Shown: positions 31,433-39,735 of the stretch, in pieces
How positions within the stretch are numbered: the stretch's first letter is position 1
Layout: each line of letters starts with the position of its first letter
Assembly: GCF_001194135.2 (NCBI RefSeq)
Contig: NC_068985.1
Span: 2,553,776-2,593,510, forward strand
DNA length: 39,735 nt
DNA from: Octopus bimaculoides
Taxonomy: Eukaryota
Direction of reading: 5' to 3'
Notes under the pieces: generated by a model
Database searches by the model: none
Seen by the model: the letters and a program-made list of their open reading frames with translations, nothing else
Told to the model about the DNA's origin: nothing
Position numbers and translations under genes: made by a program

Positions 31433-32765
31433 GAAAGGGACATTCATGAAACCCTGTACTGAAGTCAATTAAATACTACAACAGAGAGAGAGAGGAAAAA
31501 AGAACAAAAAAAAAAAACATGGAGTCAGTCTATTTGTTGAGAATGTTTTACTGGCCTCCTTTCATGAATGCAAAGTAAATTTGGTTCTGGGCCCCTGCTC
31601 TTTTGTTTCTAACCAATTCTTTGATCCCACTTCAGTACTAATTACAACAATAACAACAATGTGGCATTTAATTTTAATTGGACAGCTAACTGTGATCTTT
31701 GTTTTAAAGAGCATCAAATGATTTTCTGGAAAGGCATAAATATCACAACACATGACTATCTTGTTGCTATACACCTAAGAATGGCAACTAGAAGCAGAAA
31801 GAGAGGCCAACCATTTTCAACCGTTAGGGCATAAATCCATGACTGGATGCATGGTTTTAGTTAGCTATTTGCTCTTCACCCTGCCCCAAACTACTATTGC
31901 TAGTCTTTCTTTAAAAAAATCTCTGTACCTAATTAAGAAATCACCAACACCACAACTACTACTACTACTACCACCACCACCACCACCACACTGCCACCAT
32001 TGAACAAATTGAAATTATGTGAAAATGACTCATTCTTCAAGCATTAGTAGATTACTACAAACATTATTTCTTGTAGAAATTATGTAAATTGTATTTTCAA
32101 ATGATACTGTTTAACTATATTTTGTTGTGTTACAATATAGTGTTTTTTTTCTTTGACACTCTTGACACTTAAAAAAAAACAACAAAAACAAACAACAATA
32201 AGAAAACAAACAAAGCAGCCTGTTTGTGTTTCAATAGAATGAAAAATGACTATTAACATTTCAAATCTGATTTATTCTGTACAGAAGCAAAATTAATAAA
32301 TAAAGTAAAGACAAGTTGGTAGGGTGGTGGTGACAAAAAAAAAAAAAAAGACTACGAAAGAAAACGGCATACATTAAAACAATCAACAGCAAAAGAAACA
32401 CACACACACACACAATCCTGATATATTAAATATGTGTCTTGCTTGTTTATTTCTTCTTATAAAAGATTTCATATAAAATTTTTTAAAAATAGTTTGAAGA
32501 AGATTGATGAAATATCATTGAATGTGTTTCCGTTGTAGACTCATTGCAGAATTTGCAGCCTAATCGACAGGAAATTGAGCTTTTGTCGCACTGCTCAACT
32601 GAAGATATTGCTTTTGGAAGACTCATTGTTTAAATAGTACTATGAGTCTTGGTGGTGAGTATGTCAGAAAATATAGGGCTTACTGTTGGTTGCTATGTAA
32701 CGTTGCATTCATTTGTCTAACAACAGGATTAAGACTAATTGTAGCAGTTGTGGGTTGTTTTTTAG

Positions 32766-32861
32766 CCACAGGCTCAGCCTCAGGAGCAGATCTATTCTCA
32801 AAGTGTACCAGCAATGGCAGCCAAGGGTTCTGCATATCATGGACTACACTGTCCGGTGTAA
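32766..32861 (+). CDS. Candidate exon (possibly terminal): PQAQPQEQIYSQSVPAMAAKGSAYHGLHCPV*; reading frame uncertain
   Basis: Branch-point-like gACTAAT at 32733-32739, acceptor ttgttttttAG at 32765 (alternative AG at 32771), upstream GTgagt donor at 32655; other frames are also open, so the assignment is weak. Confidence 0.25.
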   Translation, partial: PQAQPQEQIYSQSVPAMAAKGSAYHGLHCPV

Positions 32862-33431
32862 CACTTTTTTAACCTTCATTATGATTATACACGGCTGTTG
32901 CCAATCTCCAGAATATTTTATTAAATCAGGATTAGATTGAAAATAATTTAAGTGAAAGTGTCTGAGTCATTTCTAAAATCTCACTTTTATGCTTGAATTC
33001 TTCTTTGATCTCAGTTCAAAATTTGAGGTGTGGGGTGTGCTTTGTTGAATATCTGGTTAAAGAAACTATTTTCTTTATTCTTGTTTCAATGATTACATTG
33101 TAGAGGGTCAAAGAAGGATGTTTTGTTGCTATTTCTAGCAGGTTACATTAAGATTCCCTCATTAGCTCATCTCTAACTGTCAGTATGTAAGATAGACAGA
33201 CATAATGATAATGATTGTTCCATTATGCTTGGAGATGAGATTGAGGGTATGTTCCTGTTTAGTCAGCTCTCTACAGATAATCTGTAGAACATTGTTAAGC
33301 AGAAGCTTACACATTAACGCCACCAATGCTTCTCAGTTAAGATAAGCATATACTACTAGTCCCTTGAATATTGGACAGAGCCTCACACTAAAGTGAGCTC
33401 CAGTGTATAGACAAGCCCTTCATACATCAGA

Positions 33432-33585
33432 TCATCATCATCATCATTTAACGTCCGCTTTCCATGCTGGCATGGGTTGCACAGTTTGACTGAGGACTGG
33501 TAAGCCAAAAGGCTGCACCAGGCTCCAATCTGATCTGGCAAGGTTTCTACAGCTGGATGCCCTTCCTAATGCCAACCACTCTGAG
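33432..33585 (-). mobile_element. RTE-type 3' tail with (GAT)n
   Basis: (atc)n atttaacgtccgctttccatgctggcatgggttgcacagtttgactgagg...ggtttctacagctggatgcccttcctaatgccaaccac matches the 3' UTR of the LINE at 15272-15430. Confidence 0.85.
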
Positions 33586-33712
33586 ATATTTATAAATGTG
33601 GTGTGCAAAGAGGCTCCTTTTATATGTGATTTGTTACATATAAAACATTTACTCTCAACATAAGCTTCTACCAGTAAGTTGCAGAAAACAAGGATACAGT
33701 TAAACTAAAAAA

Positions 33713-33935
33713 GGTGACAGTGCTAAGCAGTGATGTGTATAAAATACAAATTCGTTACCAGCTCAAATATGCTTCAGGCATATTCAAACCTGTAAGAAAG
33801 TCATTCGCTGGATTTTGTCAAGAAGAAAATTTCTCAGTGAAGACAGAAATTTTCTTCTTGACAAAATACAGAAAATGGTTTTCTAATGGGTCTGAATATG
33901 CCTCAAGCATATTTGAGCTGGTCACAAGTTTGTAT
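33713..33935. mobile_element. Leader plus long hairpin element, copy 1 (hairpin 33744-33935, 10-nt loop 33835-33844)
   Basis: Perfect 23-bp inner stem (33812-33834/33845-33867) and outer stem accagctcaaatatgc/gcatatttgagctggt; leader shared with 36543. Confidence 0.8.
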
Positions 33936-35261
33936 AGTTAATCACATACTACTAGACTATATGACAAAGACCATTTAAAAAAAAAAACAATGTACCATCA
34001 GCATCATAACTTTATATAATATTGTTTTGTTTTTCTTCTAGTGTTATAACAAATTGGTTTTAAAACTTAAATATTACAAAAATCAAAACTAACAATATAT
34101 TTGAGTTCTTCCAATAAAAATATTATTTCAAAATTTTGATTTGTTTATATTTCCCATTAACAGTAAGTTTTGTGGTTTTAATTCAAGTATTTTGAAGTTT
34201 TTAATAATTTTCCCCAACCATGAAAATCTCCAGACAATCTAGAGGGAAAGATCCAACTAGCTTTTGATGAAAGGCCAACAAATACTGTCACTAAACTATC
34301 AAAAACATGGAACTGGTAAATCTAGCCAATAAGCAATGTCAGAATATACAGTTTATACAAAGGAATATGATTAATTTGCAATGATTTGTGGGAATTTTTA
34401 GAAAGAGGCTATTTTCCTATTCTCTTGTCAAGCAACAGTCATTTATATAATGTCTGCCTCATATATATAGCAAGTTCACTAAGACCTTATGAAATTCTCT
34501 TTCATCCACCAAATTCTCCAGTTGCCATTGCTGTTTTGGGTAATATTATCAGTCACTTAGAAACTTTCCAACATATTGTCTCTAATCTGGTTTCCTCTAC
34601 TGAAATTACCCAGGAACCAAATGCTATCACAGTATGTAATTTTATTCCAATATATTACTGAAATATGTCTCCCTGCTGTCAATTTCCAACTTGCTGTATG
34701 TCATTAGATTTAGTAGAGGAATCAGGAAAATATTGTTGCCACTGTCACATACTCAATCTTCTCTTAATGACTCTTAAAGCTCTTTAATGTATTGCATGCA
34801 GTGCACTAATAGCAGCAAGCATAAGCTAATACATCTGGGGCTGTGATCATTGTATATAACTGCATATATTTGTCTGTTTTAGTGTTAGTACAGGAGAACT
34901 GTCTAGTGTTAGGACAGTGAAGCTCTTAGGCATACTAGAGTATCAAATATAGTTACCCTAAATGTTAGTGTATCTTGTGGGGCTATAGAATTTAGTAATA
35001 GGTGAGTAAGAGAGAAAGAGGGGACTTTTCTATTCTCCCATAAAATGTTTTAATTCTTGGTCTTATAAACAAACCATGAAATAACAGTTTCTAGCTACCT
35101 TAGAATTCCAGAATTCTTCTTAAGATTGCATGTTCGGTTGCAAAGTGAATGGAATGAGAAGTTCAACCAGAATACAGTCTGGCATCATAATCTAATATAC
35201 AACTTTACTATAAATGTATACAGACATTTAATCAGATAACTGGAGGTTCGATATTTTTTAG

Positions 35262-35385
35262 AGCAGAGTCAAGCCAGAGGTTCCATAACAGCATTAATGC
35301 ATCTAAGAAACAAGCTACATGTCTTTTCCTTGGGCCATGGTGACTTGTCAAGGTATGAGGTGTGTGTAGCCGAGGAGGTGGATGG
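35262..35385 (+). CDS. Candidate internal exon (phase 1 to 2): xQSQARGSITALMHLRNKLHVFSLGHGDLSRYEVCVAEEVDx
   Basis: The frame is open exactly between acceptor atattttttAG (35261) and donor GTgagt (35386), with in-frame stops immediately outside. No family recognised. Confidence 0.25.
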
Positions 35386-36539
35386 GTGAGTGGGAGATAC
35401 GTTAAATGAAATGCAGAGAGGAAATATTGATTGCAGTCGTAGACATGCAAGAAGTGTTCAATACAAAATGCACAAAAGAAGTATTCTATATAATTGTAGT
35501 TTAGCTCAAGGCTAATCCTGATCAAGCAGACCTATGATCCAAGGTACTCCATCCATAACCATTTTGTCTTTTATTTAAATACAGTGTATCTAGGATCATA
35601 CTATCTTATGAATCCTTTGTGAAGTTACCCTGTAATTTGAGAAATATCTGCTTGCTATTTCGAGCAGAGTAAATAACCATATACAGGCCTCCTTCTTGAC
35701 TTGTGTTTAATACAGTAATTAAATGTGGAAGAAATATTGCAATTTGGTGGTTAGATGTGTTGTCGAGTCAGACACGCAGCAAGTGGGGGAGGCAGGAAGT
35801 ACAAGTTAGCAAGAGCCAAGAGTTCAAATCTAACTTCAAGCACTAGACTGAGCACCAAGGCAGTGTCCTTTAGTATCAATGACACAGAAAAGGACTAAAA
35901 GGTGAAGAAATTTCCTTCATTAAAGAACATAAGTTTCCATAAAACACACTTATAGCTGCACTGCTATATCACAGAGTGTATGTTCTAACATGTCATAGAA
36001 ATTATTAAGTTTCTAAAATTGTATGATCTATTAACAACATGATTTGAAAAAGAGTGGGCTTTTTTTTATAAATAATTTTGAATAATATTTTTTAAATGCA
36101 GTTTTTAATGGTTCTCACTAAAAATTACAAATTATTAGGAGAAACCATAAAAATAAAACTTTTATATTACATAATTTTAGTTCATTAAGATCAAAAGATA
36201 TCAATGGTTTCTCTCTCTCATTTATTCTCTTCATAAACATCTACACAAAAGCTAACATGCTTTTAGAAGCAAGTATATATTCACTGAAAAAACACATACA
36301 TTAATGGTCTGTGAAATAGCATGTGACTAAACAGTGTGTGCTATTTCCTGGATAGAATAAATAAATTCTGTTGCCTAAATGTCATAATTATTTCAAGAAG
36401 AAAGAAAAAAAAAAGACTTAGAAATAACAGCTTGATCAGCTGCTGTGTCTACTTTCTACTGACCGTATGGTTAGGAGTTCAAACATGCTTACAGCTACTA
36501 TCTTATGCTAAGTGAGATGTGACATTCTTTGATTCAATA

Positions 36540-36753
36540 CAGGGTGACAGTGCCGAGCAGTGATGCATATAAATATAAACTGTTTAAACTTGCTTGAGGC
36601 ACATTTGAATTCATAAGAAGGCCATTCACTGTGTTTTGTGATGGGGAAAATTTCTTGCTGTTGACAGAAATTTTCTCCATGACAAAACACAAAGAATGGC
36701 CTTCTGACATGTTTGAATGTGCCTTGAGCATATTTAAACAGGTAACAAGTTTA
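36540..36753. mobile_element. Leader plus long hairpin element, copy 2, flanked by a perfect 14-bp direct repeat
   Basis: Inner stem 36633-36655/36666-36688 with a 10-nt loop; tctttgattcaata at both 36526-36539 and 36754-36767. Confidence 0.8.
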
Positions 36754-36974
36754 TCTTTGATTCAATATTTTAATTAGTTTAGCTTGAAAATTTGCTTAAT
36801 GACCAGCCCTAATAATACAAAAATTAAAAACTAAACTGTTCAGGCTATGGTTGGCTTGTAACAGTAGGTGAAAGCAATAAAATTGTAAGAAATAAATGAA
36901 GAAAAAAATATATAAAAAGTAAATAAAGTCATAGTCGTGGCCAATGCCAGTGTTACATAAATGGCATCCATGCC

Positions 36975-37150
36975 AGTGCTTGGTGGCCTTTTATCTATCT
37001 TTATGTTTTGAGTTCAAGTTCCAATGAGGGTTAACTTTACTGTCAACCATTTTGGCGATCAATAAAATAAGTACCAGTGGAGTACTGGGGTCGATATATC
37101 TGACTTACTTCCTCCTCTGAAATTGATAGCCTTGTGCCAAAATTTGAAAC
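36975..37150 (+). mobile_element. SINE family C, diverged
   Basis: gttttgagttcaagttcc...gatcaataaaataagtaccagtggagtactggggtcgat...gccttgtgccaaaatttgaaacca. Confidence 0.7.
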
Positions 37151-37612
37151 CAATACTATGCCAAATTATTTCCATATTTTTATATTTGTCTATCTGCTGT
37201 CCCCTATGTATCTGTATATATATAAAAAGCAGGATGTGTGTGTGTGTGTATACGTGAAAGTAATTTATGCACGTCCACAAATTAGCAGGCATGTCATTCC
37301 AATTTTAGGAGGACATTCGTCATGACCCTAGGTGTACCTTCGTCAGCTTATTTTTCCTAGAGGCACCAGCAAATAGTGGTAAAAATAAATTTTCAACCAA
37401 AACTTTTAACAATTTTCAAGTCGGCGAATTCCACCATTATTTACAACAGGAGTTAAGTCCCCTTTTAACAATGAGTAAGTTTTTGTTGAGACTTTTGCTT
37501 TTTTTTTTCCATCAAGGAAAAAAGTGTTTGTCAATATACAGGCAACATACACACACACACAAGTATGCATACAAAAAAACATGTATGCTATTGGTGTACG
37601 TACGCGTGTGTA

Positions 37613-37646
<34 letters not shown>

Positions 37647-38049
37647 CATACACTTAAGACTTAGTTGTGATCTGAACGTAACCGCTTCTGAGGATTGGGA
37701 GCCCTTTTGGGCATTCTAATTTCCTTGCTAGAAGAGTTCCCAACCCATGCGCTCCCGTCGTGACACTGATTCTGCAGAACTGGATTGGGTGTGAAAACCA
37801 ACTTTAAATTATAAATATAGATGTTTTTGAATCAGCAATGTTGTGTTCAGTTAAGTCGTATTTGGGTTGAAAAATTGTTTAAACTGATTCCTTATGGGGT
37901 TTTCCATTCAATCAGGATAAAAAAAAATTTGATAAACAGATTCCTTATAGGATTTCTCAATAAAATTGGCTACACCCCATTTTCAACCATGACTTTTACC
38001 AAATTATAGCCAGGCAATACTGCTAGTTTCATATAAAATAAAATATTTT

Positions 38050-38398
38050 AAACAATTGCAGCGTGAAAGGTGTTTATAAGCTATTTAAGAAACACACAAA
38101 AACCGTTAGATTCACTTCAACATTTAAATTTAATTTGTCAAAATATTTTCGTCGCTTTGAGACCACGACCTGTTCACTGACAAAATTCTGTGCTGCATCT
38201 CGGAATTTTGTCAGTGAACAGGTCGCAGTCTCAAAATGACGAAAATATTTTGACACAAATGAAATTTAAATGTTGAAGTGAATCTAACGGTTTTTGTGTG
38301 TTTTTAAATGGCTTATAAGCACCTTCCACGCTGCAATTGTTTTCGTTCCAGCACACGATCTCAGATCAGGTCACTTGCTATGCAAGTACATCTCCGTA
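38050..38398. mobile_element. Fold-back (MITE-like) element with arms 38050-38188 and 38203-38342 and a 14-nt loop, plus an unpaired right extension
   Basis: aaacaattgcagcgtgaaagg...acctgttcactgacaaaattc is the reverse complement of gaattttgtcagtgaacaggt...ccttccacgctgcaattgttt with few mismatches. Confidence 0.9.
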
Positions 38399-39677
38399 AA
38401 AATATTTTAATATTTTGAAATTTAATCTGCACATCATCTCCATTGCATGTTTGTCTGCTTTCTTAATATTTACGCACAGACATGAATTTAGCCCCTATTT
38501 AATGCGTTCAAATTGATTTAACCTTTGAATAATGGCCCAGAATGTCATGTTATCAGTTGAACTGAAGTCTAATTACAATAATGCTTCAAAACTGATGGTG
38601 GATACGGTGAAGAATAGAGATTTATAGAACATGGAGTAAAGCTATGATTTCATTTCACAAATGACAATGAATAGGAGAAAATAGAATGTCCCCTCCCCAG
38701 CTGATATAAAATCTAACAATTAACTAAAGATTGAATTTACCAGAGAAGTGCTGCCAAAGTCATTGCTGTCTCTAATTGGAAGAAGCTATAGAAATTTCCT
38801 CAGGGCAGAGACTCATACACCAGCAGAAAAAGACCAAACCTATGAATAATGCATGATGAATCAACAAGCAAAAGATGGTACTGATAACTTCCCCTACTTT
38901 CTAATAGCACATATTAACAATTATTTAAAGTATAATCACTCGACAAGAAATGTGTCTTGTATCTAGAAACCCATCAGTTTATTTTTATCACAAAATCAAA
39001 CTGTGTAAAGGATAGGGAAGCTATCCCTTGACTAAATATTTGACTTGTTCTGCCAGAATTGTCGCCATACTGTCTGAATGATTTTTTCTCTATCTGTTGT
39101 GGATTTCTGGAAGGAAAGCATGTAAACGCTTGTAAGCTTCATTAAATTGTTTCTGTCTCACAACGAAGGCCTTTCTCTTCCGCTAAGTCTCCAGCTGATA
39201 GAATTGATGAAGGAATGGAGAGTAGAGAAAGAATTCAAAATGTGTGGAACATTAAATATTAAAGCAGAAGAAAACAACTTGTTGAATATAGGAAGGTTTG
39301 TTTAAAAAACAGGAAAAGAATTGAAAGTAAAAAAGACTGATAAAACAGTTAATTATTCAAAGAATGGAAATATTAAACCTCTAAAAATGTTAATTTCTTC
39401 AAGACCAGTGATAAGTGAGTTGATTATAGTTTTTTGATATGATTCCAGTATACACTGGTACTTCTCTCAACATCTCTTTCTTTTGGCAATGACCAGGCCA
39501 AGCAGAGACAGAAGGGACAGGTGAGCCAGCCGATATAGATGTATGGTTTTGAGAGAATCTTTTCTTACCAATTAGAAACAAAGGAAGAATCTTTAATAGG
39601 AAATTACCATTTTCATAAAAAAATTTAATTCTTTAATTCTGTTATGTTTCATCAAAGTATACCATATGTGTGCGTAG

Positions 39678-39680
<3 letters not shown>

Positions 39681-39735
<55 letters not shown>
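39681..39735. repeat. (TA)n microsatellite running off the window end
   Basis: Direct reading. Confidence 0.98.

Noticed and set aside
32618-32650. 9-bp hairpin aagactcat/atgagtctt covering an ATG
   Set aside because: A short stem with a 15-nt loop is expected by chance, and the ATG is unconfirmed.
37820-38020. Short inverted (ggttgaaaa/ttttcaacc) and direct (gattccttat) repeats suggesting another MITE
   Set aside because: Matches are too short to define termini or a family from this window alone.

Overview
AT-rich eukaryotic scaffold sequence with five N-gaps. It is dominated by interspersed repeats that I recognise from memory (unverified) as typical of Octopus/coleoid cephalopod genomes. 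No complete protein-coding gene, rRNA, functional tRNA or CRISPR array can be supported, and most six-frame ORFs are chance ORFs or retroelement debris. Supported content: (i) non-LTR retrotransposon fragments of the RTE clade (1-303, 15272-16480, 23265-23735, 26507-27200, plus several isolated (GAT)n-tailed 3' ends) and the R4/Dong-like RLE clade (18101-18245, 21222-22577), and a decayed Penelope-like ORF (1610-2545); (ii) at least three SINE families in many copies; (iii) a TTAA-flanked piggyBac-type MITE and five long fold-back elements; (iv) a 6 x 67-bp tandem array and a hierarchical degenerate repeat. The most interesting observation is a composite element made of a tRNA-like Pol III head, an (AAT)n linker and a Penelope-terminal-like body. 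It carries a minimal type I hammerhead ribozyme at 22626-22671 and is arranged as a head-to-head palindrome apparently split by about 2.5 kb of nested insertions; the sister arm has lost the ribozyme core. Also notable are two paralogous hairpin elements whose arms co-vary, one flanked by a perfect 14-bp direct repeat, and a heavily decayed region (13060-14100) with several motifs resembling class III viral fusion glycoproteins, which is speculative. Scattered exon-like segments suggest the window may be intronic, but these are low confidence.
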